This document shows positions 16,804 through 25,014 of a stretch of 32,000 bases of DNA, in pieces (within the stretch, counting starts at the first letter, position 1; the number at the start of each line of letters is the position of its first letter). The position numbers and the translations under genes were made by a program. Where the stretch lies: positions 990,001 through 1,022,000 of the forward strand of contig NZ_RSDW01000001.1 in assembly GCF_003945235.1 (NCBI RefSeq), in the 5' to 3' direction. The notes under the pieces were generated by a model. It did no database searches, was not told where the DNA came from, and saw only the letters and a list, made by a program, of their open reading frames with translations. The stretch is from Edaphobacter aggregans. Its GTDB lineage: Bacteria > Acidobacteriota > Terriglobia > Terriglobales > Acidobacteriaceae.

Positions 16804-17938
16804 TTAGGGCACATCGTCTTCGGCACCAACCGCAGCAGGGATTCCTCCCTCGCGGCGCGCTTTGAGATAGCCGCGGATGAAGGGCTCGAGATCGCCATCG
16901 AGGACGCGATCGACGTCCCCCACTTCGACGCGGGTGCGGAGGTCCTTCGCCATGCGATAAGGCTGCAGGACGTAGTTGCGAATCTGCGAACCGAAGTTGA
17001 TATCCAGCTTCGAGTCCTCAAGCTTCTTGCTCGCGACCTTCTTCTTCTCGAGTTCGTACTCGTAGAGGCGCGAGCGCAGAAGCTTCATCGCCTTCTCTTT
17101 GTTCTTGTGCTGAGAGCGCTCATTCTGGCAGCCCGCGACAAGGCCTGTAGGAATGTGCGTGATGCGAACGGCCGAGTCGGTAGTGTTGACGTGCTGTCCG
17201 CCCTTGCCTCCCGAACGGTAGGTGTCGATACGCAGATCTTCGGGCTTGATGTCGATGACGATGGTGTCGTCGATCTCGGGCGATACGAAGACACTGGCGA
17301 AGCTGGTGTGGCGGCGCTTGGCGGAGTCATACGGAGAGATGCGCACGAGACGATGGACGCCGGTCTCCCCCGAGAGCAGACCGTAGGCGAAGTCGCCCGA
17401 GATGGTAAAGGTGGCAGATTTAATGCCGGCCTCGTCACCGTCCTGCACTTCGTTGATCTCTACCTTGAAGTTCTGGCGCTCGCCCCAGCGGATGTACATG
17501 CGCATCAGCATCTCGGCCCAGTCCTGGCTCTCGGTGCCGCCCGCGCCGGGGTGGACGACGACAATGGCGTTCAGCGGATCGGACTCCTCTGAAAGCATTG
17601 TCTTGGACTCTAGCTTCTCGACGAAATCGACCAGTGAAGGAATCTCGCGAGCGAGGTCGGCCTCGGTGTCTTCGCCTTCTTTGGCCAGTTCGAAGTACGC
17701 CTCGATGTCGTCAGACCGGCGCGCCAGTTCAGTATCGTCGGCCAGCAGGTTTTCGATGCGCTTGCGCTCGCGCATCAGCGGCTGCGAACGCGCAGGATCG
17801 GCCCACACGGCGGGGTCGGAGGTTTTCTCTTCTATGGTGGCTAGTTCACGACGGAGGCGGGCCGAGTCAAAGATACTCCCGCAGATCGCGAACCTTTTCG
17901 CGGACCGGGGAGTAGGAGTATTCAAGATCGCTAATCAT
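16804..17938 (-). CDS. prfB: peptide chain release factor 2, expressed via programmed +1 ribosomal frameshift
   Basis: Frame 0 runs from ATG 17938 (MISDLEYSYSPVREKVRDLREYL) to TGA at 17869-17867. After a +1 shift the frame continues as DSARLRRELATIEEK... down to 16804. RF2 motifs are present: SPF-region context, GGQHVNTTDSAVRITHIPTG (GGQ) and QNERSQHKNKEKAM. Confidence 0.95.
17866..17881 (-). promoter_or_regulatory. RF2 autoregulatory +1 frameshift site with internal Shine-Dalgarno-like element
   Basis: The minus strand reads CGG GAG TAT CTT TGA C. This is the canonical CTT TGA C slippery/stop context, with GGGAG placed 3 nt upstream as in E. coli prfB (AGG GGG TAT CTT TGA C). Confidence 0.93.
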
Positions 17939-17947
17939 ATTTTTAGT

Positions 17948-19612
17948 TTACGGCAATTTGGTGCGGAGGCTGAAGGCCAGCGCCAGAGCGGTCGCCAAAG
18001 CGCAAGCATAGGCGAAGATATCGCCGTGCGCCGCGTAAAAGGTGAGGTCGTGCTCGTACGCAAAGCCGACACGAATGCTCGTGCGGATGTGGCGAGGCGC
18101 TGAAGCGATCACGCGGCCGTTAGGACTGATTGACGCCGTCACTCCCGTGTTCGTGGCACGCAAAATCCAGCGATGATTTTCGATGGCACGCATCCGCACC
18201 ATATTAAGGTGCTGCCAGGGTGCACTCGTGTCGCCATACCATCCATCGTTGGAGATATTGACTAGCACCTCGGCCCCCATCTTCGTAAACTGGCGCACCT
18301 CATCGGCAAAGATGGACTCGTAGCAGATGAAAGTTCCATAGGTATGGCCATTGGTGGTGAAGACGGTACGCTGCTGGCCGGGATCGAAGAGGCCAACCTC
18401 GACGAGGAGACTCTTGGCGAAGAAGAAGAGGTGCTTATAGGGGACGTACTCGCCAAATGGGACGAGATGCATCTTATCGTAGCGGCCAACGAACTCCCCC
18501 TGCGCTGAAACGAAGGACGCGGAGTTGAACTGGAAGTACCCGCGCTCGTTCTCGGTGGTGCGGTCGATGCCGATGTTTCCAGCGATGATAGGAGCGTTGG
18601 CGGCACGTGCAAGCGACGAGAGGGTTGCGCGGAAATCGGGATCGTGCTCCTGAAAAGGCGCGGGAGATTCGGGCCAGACGATCAGATCGGTCGGTGACGG
18701 CGCCGAAGTAGTGGCCTCGGCTCCACCTCCAGGCTGCCGTTTGAAGAGAAAGAGGGATTGCGTGCCGGGTAGTTCGGGGATTCCAAGGAGAAAGTGGCTG
18801 GAGGGGTATCGACTGAGGTACGAGAAAGACTCCAGAAGCTGCTGCGTCGTGGGTTCTGGCCCCGTATTCGCCGCGCCGACCTCGAGATTCTGCTGAACCA
18901 GCGTCGCATGGGCATCAGTCGCGATGGTCTGGGGACTACGGATTCGGCGTAACCCCAAAACATAGAGAACAATAATAACGACCCCTGCCGCGGTGAGCAC
19001 AACGCGGGTGTAACGGTGCTCCCGGATGCGGATTCGCACGAGCCAGAGCGCGTTGACCGCGGCGATGACGAAGGAGAGCCCGTAGGCTCCAGTGATGGGC
19101 GCAAGCCGGATGAGCAGTGGATTGTCGACCTGCGCAATGCCGAGTAAGTCCCAGGGAAGCCCCGTGATGTGGGCCCGCGCCAGCTCGACGGCAACCCACG
19201 CAAACGGACTAAGCAGGAGAGCAATCTGTCTGCCGAAACGCCGCCTGAAAGCGGCAATCAGGAAACCAAAAAGCGCATGATATAGCCCAAGGTAGAGGCA
19301 GAAAAGAATGAGAATTCCAGCGGCGACAGACCTGTCCAGGCCGCCGTATAGGTACATCGTTTGATATATCCAGTAGCAATTACCTAAGTACCAGACGAAA
19401 CCGCAGACGTAACCCAACGCCGCACCCTGGCGGAAGGTAAGTGGATTTCCCTGTTTATTATTTGCAAGAAGTGCCCAAAGAAGAGGGAGAAGCGCAATCC
19501 AGCAAAAAGCGGTACGCCACAGCGGCGTTGGGCCGGCAATAGGAAAGGGCAGAACCTGTAGGATGCCGGACAGTACGGCCATGGCCCAAAGCCGTGCGGG
19601 AATAAGTCTCAT
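17948..19612 (-). CDS. lnt: apolipoprotein N-acyltransferase
   Basis: 554 aa with an N-terminal polytopic membrane domain plus a C-terminal CN-hydrolase domain. The domain has catalytic-Cys context FICYESIF, plus VWPESP and VNISNDGWY. The stop lies 9 nt upstream of the prfB start. Confidence 0.92.
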   Translation of the reverse strand: MRLIPARLWAMAVLSGILQVLPFPIAGPTPLWRTAFCWIALLPLLWALLANNKQGNPLTFRQGAALGYVCGFVWYLGNCYWIYQTMYLYGGLDRSVAAGILILFCLYLGLYHALFGFLIAAFRRRFGRQIALLLSPFAWVAVELARAHITGLPWDLLGIAQVDNPLLIRLAPITGAYGLSFVIAAVNALWLVRIRIREHRYTRVVLTAAGVVIIVLYVLGLRRIRSPQTIATDAHATLVQQNLEVGAANTGPEPTTQQLLESFSYLSRYPSSHFLLGIPELPGTQSLFLFKRQPGGGAEATTSAPSPTDLIVWPESPAPFQEHDPDFRATLSSLARAANAPIIAGNIGIDRTTENERGYFQFNSASFVSAQGEFVGRYDKMHLVPFGEYVPYKHLFFFAKSLLVEVGLFDPGQQRTVFTTNGHTYGTFICYESIFADEVRQFTKMGAEVLVNISNDGWYGDTSAPWQHLNMVRMRAIENHRWILRATNTGVTASISPNGRVIASAPRHIRTSIRVGFAYEHDLTFYAAHGDIFAYACALATALALAFSLRTKLP

Positions 19613-19676
19613 CGCGTTTGAAGTCTAACATCGGGTTATCAATTGAAACCTATTTCGGGGATACAATTCATTTGGT

Positions 19677-19808
19677 ATGGATTTAGTCGTTCGTCTAGTC
19701 GCGAAGGTAGTCGTGCCGCTCTTCTTCGTCGGAATGGCGGGTTCTGCCATCGTGGTCGTAATTAGTTTTATAGAAGATCTGAAGGAGTTGCTGGAGGATG
19801 AAGATTAG
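19677..19808 (+). CDS. candidate 43-aa small membrane protein (below ORF-track size cutoff)
   Basis: The ATG..TAG ORF encodes MDLVVRLVAKVVVPLFFVGMAGSAIVVVISFIEDLKELLEDED, i.e. one hydrophobic helix plus an acidic tail. It lies in the AT-rich 317-nt spacer, 121 nt upstream of the permease on the same strand. There is no clear SD, and third-position GC is lower than in neighbouring genes. Confidence 0.3.
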   Translation: MDLVVRLVAKVVVPLFFVGMAGSAIVVVISFIEDLKELLEDED

Positions 19809-19929
19809 CCGTCTGATGCTCTAGATCACTCGGCAGAGAAATGGTCTTCAACTAAGGATCAGCAACTCCAGTAAAGGCATCGGTTGGTTCGATGTCAGAC
19901 ATGGAGTGCAATGCTGAACGCAAACCATA

Positions 19930-22326
19930 ATGGCATCCAAACAAACTACGCATAAGCCGCAATCGAACCGGGTCCGCCTGGTCGTGGCCTCCTCGGTCAT
20001 GCTCACCTTTATTTCTTTCTGGCGAGCAGCGGCAATTGTTCTCAATGACCTCGGGTCCTCGGCCTTTTATGCGGGTGGAATCGCCGAAGAGGCGGTAGGT
20101 AAGTCTGCGCCGTGGTTCATCCTTGGCGTCATGCTGTTCAGCTTCGCTGTGCGCGCGGTCTACGTCGAGAGCTGCAGCATGTTCACGCGCGGCGGGGTCT
20201 ACCGCATTGTGAAAGAAGCGCTGGGTGGAACGTTCGCCAAACTGAGCGTCTCTGCGCTGATGTTCGATTACATCCTGACCGGCCCGATCTCCGGCGTGTC
20301 TGCCGGGCAGTACATCGTAGGGCTGCTGAACGAGTTGCTCCGGCTATGCGCGGCACATCATTGGATGCACATGCTCGTCGCACATGCCGATGGCACCGCC
20401 CGGCAGCTTGCAGTCGATGGAACATCCGCGACCATCGCCGCTATGATCACCATCTATTTCTGGTGGCAGAACACGAAGGGCATCGAAGAGTCGAGCGACA
20501 AGGCCCTGAAGGTGATGAAGATCACCACCGTAATGGTTGTGATTCTCCTAAGTTGGAGCATCTTTTCCGTGTTCCGCACGGGAGCACACCTGCCTCCGCT
20601 GCCGACGCCTGACAACCTGCACTTCAGCAAGGACGCTCTAGGGTTCCTGAAGCACACCAGCTTCGCCCGAACCCTCGGACTCTTCGGTATCATCATGGCA
20701 TTTGGACACTCGGTACTGGCGATGAGCGGCGAAGAATCGCTGGCGCAGGTGAATCGCGAGATCGAGCATCCGAAGCTCAAAAACCTGAAGCGCGCGGCCA
20801 TTGTGATCGCGATCTATAGCTTCATCTTCACCGGCATCGGCTCACTGCTGGCCGTGATGCTGATTCCTGACTCGGTGCGCGTCCCGCTATATCGCGACAA
20901 CCTCATCGCCGGTATCACGATGTACGTCGTAGGCCCCCTGGCGTTGCGTATCGGCTTCCGCGTCTTCGTCGTCATCGTGGGCTTCCTGATTCTAGGCGGC
21001 GCAGTGAATACGGCCATCGTCGGCTCGACCGGCGTGCTAATGCGTGTAGCTGAAGACGGCGTCCTGACAGACTGGTTCCGCAGACCACAGCGAAAGTACG
21101 GGACGAGCTACCGCATCGTAAACCTCGTCGCCGGACTGCAGATGTTCACGATCATCGTGACGCGCGGCGACGTGATCATGCTCGGCGAAGCATACGCGTT
21201 CGGCGTGATCTGGAGCTTCACCTTCAACTCGCTGGCCATGCTCGTGCTGCGATGGAAGTACCACGGCGAGCGCGGATGGAAGGTTCCCCTCAATATCCGC
21301 ATTGGTAAGACAGAGATTCCTCTTGGGCTTATTTCGGTCTTCCTCGTCCTGCTAACTACCGCTGTTGTCAACCTATTCACAAAATCGGTAGCTACAGTAA
21401 GTGGCGTCATCTTTGCCGCGGCCTTCTTTGTTATCTTCTCGCTATCCGAGCGTGATAATAAACGGCGGCATGATCTGACTACCCGTCAGATGCGGGAACA
21501 CTTTCAACTAGAGCATCAGGACACGGTCGGCCGTGAAGCGCTCGAAATTCGCCCCGGCGCGGTCGTCGTTACCATGCGCGATTCGGCCACCCCCTTCGCG
21601 CTGAAGTGGGCGCTGACTCATACTGATACCGACTCGCAGGACATTGTGGTTCTAGCCGCCCGTATGATGGGCGTGGGTGGCCCTGAATATCTCGATGCTT
21701 CCGAGCAGTTATTCAGTGAACACGAGCAGATGTTGTTTACCAAGGCCGTCTCGATCGCTGAAAGTTTTGGAAAGCATATCTCCCTGCTGGTAGTTCCTGC
21801 CGGCGATATCTTCGCGGCGCTCGTGCAGACAGCTAACTCACTGGATGCTGCGGCGGTAGTGTCCGGGCTTTCGAGTAAGCTGACGGCAGAAGAACAGGCA
21901 TATCACGTAGGTCAGGCTTGGGAGGCGTTACCAGAGCCGAAACGTCAATTTACTTTTTATGTCATCAAACCGGATGGTGATGCGCTGAGCTTCCATATTG
22001 GACCTCATGCTCCTGCAATCCTGCCTGATGAAGTGCAGCTTGTCCATCGTCTATGGCTGAACCTAAGACGTGCACCTGAGATGAAGGACCTGCACCACAG
22101 TGACATCGTCACCTATGCTCTGACCCGCATGGCTGCTGAATTTGCACGTGATAAGCAAGGAACATTGAAAGGGCTGGAGAAGTGCATGCAGGAGATCCAC
22201 AGCCGTCGCGGCTTAGGCGCTTCGCACTATGAAGAGTTAGACGATACCGGACCAGGCTACGCAATTCGGGCACGCGCTCATCTAAGTCATGATGATTCCG
22301 AAGCTACTTTCAAGCAAAATAACTAG
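19930..22326 (+). CDS. APC-superfamily amino acid/polyamine permease with ~280-aa cytoplasmic C-terminal extension (USP-like, tentative)
   Basis: 798 aa. The N-terminal ~500 aa are polytopic with APC-like segments (FYAGGIAEEAVG, FGHSVLAMSGEES). The C-terminal soluble part (VVVTMRDSATPFALKWAL...IVVLAARMM...ISLLVVPAGDIFAALVQTANSLDAAAVVSG) has the alternating beta/alpha pattern of a universal-stress-protein-like fold. Confidence 0.8.
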   Translation: MASKQTTHKPQSNRVRLVVASSVMLTFISFWRAAAIVLNDLGSSAFYAGGIAEEAVGKSAPWFILGVMLFSFAVRAVYVESCSMFTRGGVYRIVKEALGGTFAKLSVSALMFDYILTGPISGVSAGQYIVGLLNELLRLCAAHHWMHMLVAHADGTARQLAVDGTSATIAAMITIYFWWQNTKGIEESSDKALKVMKITTVMVVILLSWSIFSVFRTGAHLPPLPTPDNLHFSKDALGFLKHTSFARTLGLFGIIMAFGHSVLAMSGEESLAQVNREIEHPKLKNLKRAAIVIAIYSFIFTGIGSLLAVMLIPDSVRVPLYRDNLIAGITMYVVGPLALRIGFRVFVVIVGFLILGGAVNTAIVGSTGVLMRVAEDGVLTDWFRRPQRKYGTSYRIVNLVAGLQMFTIIVTRGDVIMLGEAYAFGVIWSFTFNSLAMLVLRWKYHGERGWKVPLNIRIGKTEIPLGLISVFLVLLTTAVVNLFTKSVATVSGVIFAAAFFVIFSLSERDNKRRHDLTTRQMREHFQLEHQDTVGREALEIRPGAVVVTMRDSATPFALKWALTHTDTDSQDIVVLAARMMGVGGPEYLDASEQLFSEHEQMLFTKAVSIAESFGKHISLLVVPAGDIFAALVQTANSLDAAAVVSGLSSKLTAEEQAYHVGQAWEALPEPKRQFTFYVIKPDGDALSFHIGPHAPAILPDEVQLVHRLWLNLRRAPEMKDLHHSDIVTYALTRMAAEFARDKQGTLKGLEKCMQEIHSRRGLGASHYEELDDTGPGYAIRARAHLSHDDSEATFKQNN

Positions 22327-22455
22327 CATTCGACTTACATATCGTTTGCCAGTTCATGGTCGGTTCTGTATCGTTGCTATGTAGCATTTTAATAATTTCT
22401 CTCCGGTTTAATTAACTGAAAAAATCTAAGCTCAGATTCTGAATGGAGGTAACAC

Positions 22456-22704
22456 GTGGAAGTTAGCCGTATCATCGCCGAACTTGACGCACAGATATCG
22501 AAGTTGCAGCAGGCCCGCGCATTGCTGGCGGGAGCATCAGCGCCTGTTGCACGCAGCGGTCCGGGTCGTCCAAAGGGAAGCAAGAACGCTGCTGCAGCAG
22601 CCGCGCCGCGCAAGCGCAAGCTGAGTCCCGAGGGACGCAAGCGGATTGCCGATGCGATGAAGAAGCGTTGGGCTGAGCGCCGGAGACAGAACGCGAAGGG
22701 CTGA
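22456..22704 (+). CDS. small basic protein: N-terminal coiled-coil helix, AT-hook-like GRPKG motif, Lys/Arg-rich C-terminus; putative DNA-binding
   Basis: The GTG start is preceded by GGAGGT 5 nt upstream. The 82-aa product is MEVSRIIAELDAQISKLQQARALLAG...SGPGRPKGSKN...PRKRKLSPEGRKRIADAMKKRWAERRRQNAKG. An intrinsic terminator follows 25 nt after the stop. The antisense 112-aa ORF (22389..22727) is rejected. Confidence 0.7.
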   Translation: MEVSRIIAELDAQISKLQQARALLAGASAPVARSGPGRPKGSKNAAAAAAPRKRKLSPEGRKRIADAMKKRWAERRRQNAKG

Positions 22705-22729
22705 TTCTTCCAGGATTTGTAAATCATAG

Positions 22730-22768
22730 AGCGCGAGGCCCATTTGTCGGGGCTCGCGCTTTTCGTTT
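22730..22768 (+). terminator. rho-independent terminator downstream of the small basic protein gene
   Basis: agcgcgaggccc (22730-22741) pairs with ggggctcgcgct (22749-22760) as 8 bp + 1 mismatch + 3 bp, with a 7-nt loop atttgtc. The tail tttcgttt follows. Confidence 0.75.
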
Positions 22769-22801
22769 GATCAGCTGAGACCTACACCCGGCTAATACTC
22801 T

Positions 22802-23440
22802 CTATCGGGTGACAATTACTTCACGGAGACTATCCTTCGCAAGGAAAAATCGATAGTTACTGAACGCGCTCAGCATATTTTCAATCTTTCGATTGCTGTA
22901 GATCTGCAGCAGAGGGTAGTTCCCCGCCTTCTGCATCTCGACGAACTCAGTATCCGTAAGGTGATAGCGACAGAAGGAAGTTCCCGGATCGGTCGTCGCA
23001 TGGAAGAAGGCCAGCATCAGACCACCAGGCTCCATAACCTCATGGAGCCGTGAGAGGACAGCGATCAGCAGAGGCTCCGGAAGATAGTCCGCCGTATCCC
23101 AAAGAATAACAACATCAAAGTGGCGGCCCGAGAAATTGAGATTGGCCGTAAGAAACCCTTCGACGTCGTACTTCGGCGCCTCCCCGGCTTCTCCTGGGAT
23201 CATCCACTCAGGCTTCGACGCCTCTTCCACCAGGTTCGCCATGTAGATGCTGTGGCCAAGGCTGGTGATGTAGTTGATGTTGGTCGAGGACGTCGGGCCG
23301 ATGTCAAGAATGCGTAGCGACTCCTCCGATCGAAGGTGCTTGAGCAAATCCTTCCATCCGCTGGAGTGGCGAGGTACCCGAGCCGCATTGGCCCCACGCG
23401 TGCTGCCTGAACTGTCACTGCCGCCGAAGAGATTGCGCAT
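22802..23440 (-). CDS. class I SAM-dependent methyltransferase-fold protein (atypical motif I)
   Basis: 212 aa. Motif I-like is LRILDIGPTSSTN, motif II-like is FDVVILWDTADYL, and the post-II segment is MEPGGLMLAFF. The N-terminal ~35 aa are Gly/Ser-rich. It starts 17 nt after the bactofilin stop on the same strand, with ggaagggaag upstream of the ATG. Confidence 0.7.
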   Translation of the reverse strand: MRNLFGGSDSSGSTRGANAARVPRHSSGWKDLLKHLRSEESLRILDIGPTSSTNINYITSLGHSIYMANLVEEASKPEWMIPGEAGEAPKYDVEGFLTANLNFSGRHFDVVILWDTADYLPEPLLIAVLSRLHEVMEPGGLMLAFFHATTDPGTSFCRYHLTDTEFVEMQKAGNYPLLQIYSNRKIENMLSAFSNYRFFLAKDSLREVIVTR

Positions 23441-23457
23441 ATCTCGCTTCCCTTCCG

Positions 23458-23856
23458 CTAAGCCTTCGGCTCGAGGACGAGAGTCTGCTGCGTATCCGCA
23501 GGAGCATGGGATGAAGACTGCCCTTCCGCTCCCTGCAGTTCTACCCGGCCCTTGACTGTGGCGCTCTCCTCAATGGACAGCCTGCCAGCGAAAATATCTC
23601 CACTGACGGCAGCCGTCTGTCGCAGTTCAACGCGACCCGTAGCATGCACGTTGCCGTTGACCTTTCCCAGGATAATCACGTCGCGAGCGCTGATATCAGC
23701 GAGAATGCGTGCGTTGGGCCCGATGGTCAACCGGCTCTCCGGCAGGGTAATGGTTCCTTCGATGTCCCCGTCCATGTAAAGGTCTTCCTTGCCGGTAAGT
23801 TCTCCCCGGATAGTGACCGACTTGCCAATGGCGGTGGCTCCCTCTGCTGGATTCAT
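23458..23856 (-). CDS. bactofilin (DUF583 polymer-forming cytoskeletal protein)
   Basis: 132 aa. Characteristic beta-helical repeats are IGKSVTIRGELTGKEDLYMDGDIEGTI, IGPNARILADISARDVIILGKVNGNVHATGRVELRQTAAVSGDIFAGRLSIEESATVKGRVEL. An AGGAGA SD lies upstream. Confidence 0.88.
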   Translation of the reverse strand: MNPAEGATAIGKSVTIRGELTGKEDLYMDGDIEGTITLPESRLTIGPNARILADISARDVIILGKVNGNVHATGRVELRQTAAVSGDIFAGRLSIEESATVKGRVELQGAEGQSSSHAPADTQQTLVLEPKA

Positions 23857-24014
23857 GAGCTTCTGTTCTCCTGGCGGAACTTTTTGTTGTTCATACGCCT
23901 TGCCCGAACTATACCCAAGGCGATGCTGTGAGGCAAACGGGAAAACTTCGTACGAGGTCCATACGTCTTACATAAGATAAACGGAACATGTGTGTCTAGG
24001 CGAGGAGCATTAGT

Positions 24015-25001
24015 TTGACGACAGGGCGTGCGGATGCAAGGAAGAGTACTCTGAGGTGCGCATCGCGTGCTCGACCGGCTTCGAAGCTTGTAGCATTGCC
24101 GCTTTGGCTGCTTCTAACCGCGCTCGTCGTGTCGCATACAGGCTTCACCCCTGCTGCGGTCGCTCAGAGTGTCGCGGCATCCGCATGGGCCTCTGGACCG
24201 AAAGGTATTGCTCCAGCCGAACCCCTGTCGATACCGCCGCGCTCATGGGTCGTCGATGTCGTTACGAACGAGGCGGCAGCCATCCACCACAAGGATTCCT
24301 ATATCCGCTATCGCATGCATGTAGTGGACAGCAAGGGCGATCAGGTCCGCGATGTCATCGAGAGCAAGGACGGTACCGTCGCCCGGCTCATCATGCGCAA
24401 CGGCAAGCCGCTGACAGACGAACAGGACAAGGCAGAGCGCCAGCGCCTGAACGACATGCTGGAATCACCCGACGCCTACCTCAAGCATGTGAAAAATGAT
24501 ACGACCGAAAAGAAGCTCGCAGAATCGCTGATGCGAGTGATGCCCGACGCCATGATCTACACCTATGTTCCGGGGCAGCCGCAGACCGGCAAAAACAAGG
24601 ACGCGCTTGAGATCGTGCTCGACTACGAGCCGAACCCGAAGTTCCATCCGCCAACGACCTTCGCCGAAGCGCTGTCCGGACTCAAGGGACGGGCCTGGGT
24701 CGATGCCAAGACCCGGCAGCTGGTGCGCATGGAAGGAACCGTCTTCCGGCCAGTCAACTTCGGCTGGGGCATGCTCGCGCACATTTATCCCGGTGGGAAG
24801 CTGACGTTCGATCAAACGGATGCTGGCAATGGCCGCCAGATCTTCACGCACTTCACCGAGCATCTGGCGGTGCGGGCGTTGATGCTGAAGACAGTCAACG
24901 TGAATGCTGACGTAGAGGCAAGCGACTTCCAGACGGTCAGCCCCATGAACTACCAGGACGCGATCCATGTATTGCTGAACACGCCTCTACCCGGCCGATA
25001 A
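24015..25001 (+). CDS. secreted hypothetical protein (no family recognised)
   Basis: The TTG start has GAGGAG 7 nt upstream. The 328-aa product has a signal-like N-terminus (KLVALPLWLLLTALVVSHTGFTPAAVAQS). The mature part is mixed beta-rich and has no motif I can place. Codon bias is consistent with neighbouring genes. Confidence 0.65.
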   Translation: MTTGRADARKSTLRCASRARPASKLVALPLWLLLTALVVSHTGFTPAAVAQSVAASAWASGPKGIAPAEPLSIPPRSWVVDVVTNEAAAIHHKDSYIRYRMHVVDSKGDQVRDVIESKDGTVARLIMRNGKPLTDEQDKAERQRLNDMLESPDAYLKHVKNDTTEKKLAESLMRVMPDAMIYTYVPGQPQTGKNKDALEIVLDYEPNPKFHPPTTFAEALSGLKGRAWVDAKTRQLVRMEGTVFRPVNFGWGMLAHIYPGGKLTFDQTDAGNGRQIFTHFTEHLAVRALMLKTVNVNADVEASDFQTVSPMNYQDAIHVLLNTPLPGR

Positions 25002-25014
25002 ACTCTCGCACGGC

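Noticed and set aside
17869-17925. N-terminus MNTPTPRSAKRFAICGSIF of the 373-aa prfB ORF in the track
   Set aside because: It is read from the +1 frame upstream of the frameshift site. The true N-terminus is the frame-0 leader from ATG 17938.
19878-19894. GGTTCGA-containing hairpin (catcg gttggtt cgatg) that looked like a tRNA T-arm
   Set aside because: The loop does not match the T-loop consensus. No acceptor, D or anticodon arms can be built from the flanks, so it is not a tRNA.
22389-22727. 112-aa minus-strand ORF overlapping the small basic protein gene
   Set aside because: It has no SD and an implausible sequence with an Ala run mirroring the plus-strand Ala linker. The plus-strand gene has SD, terminator and a coherent domain logic.
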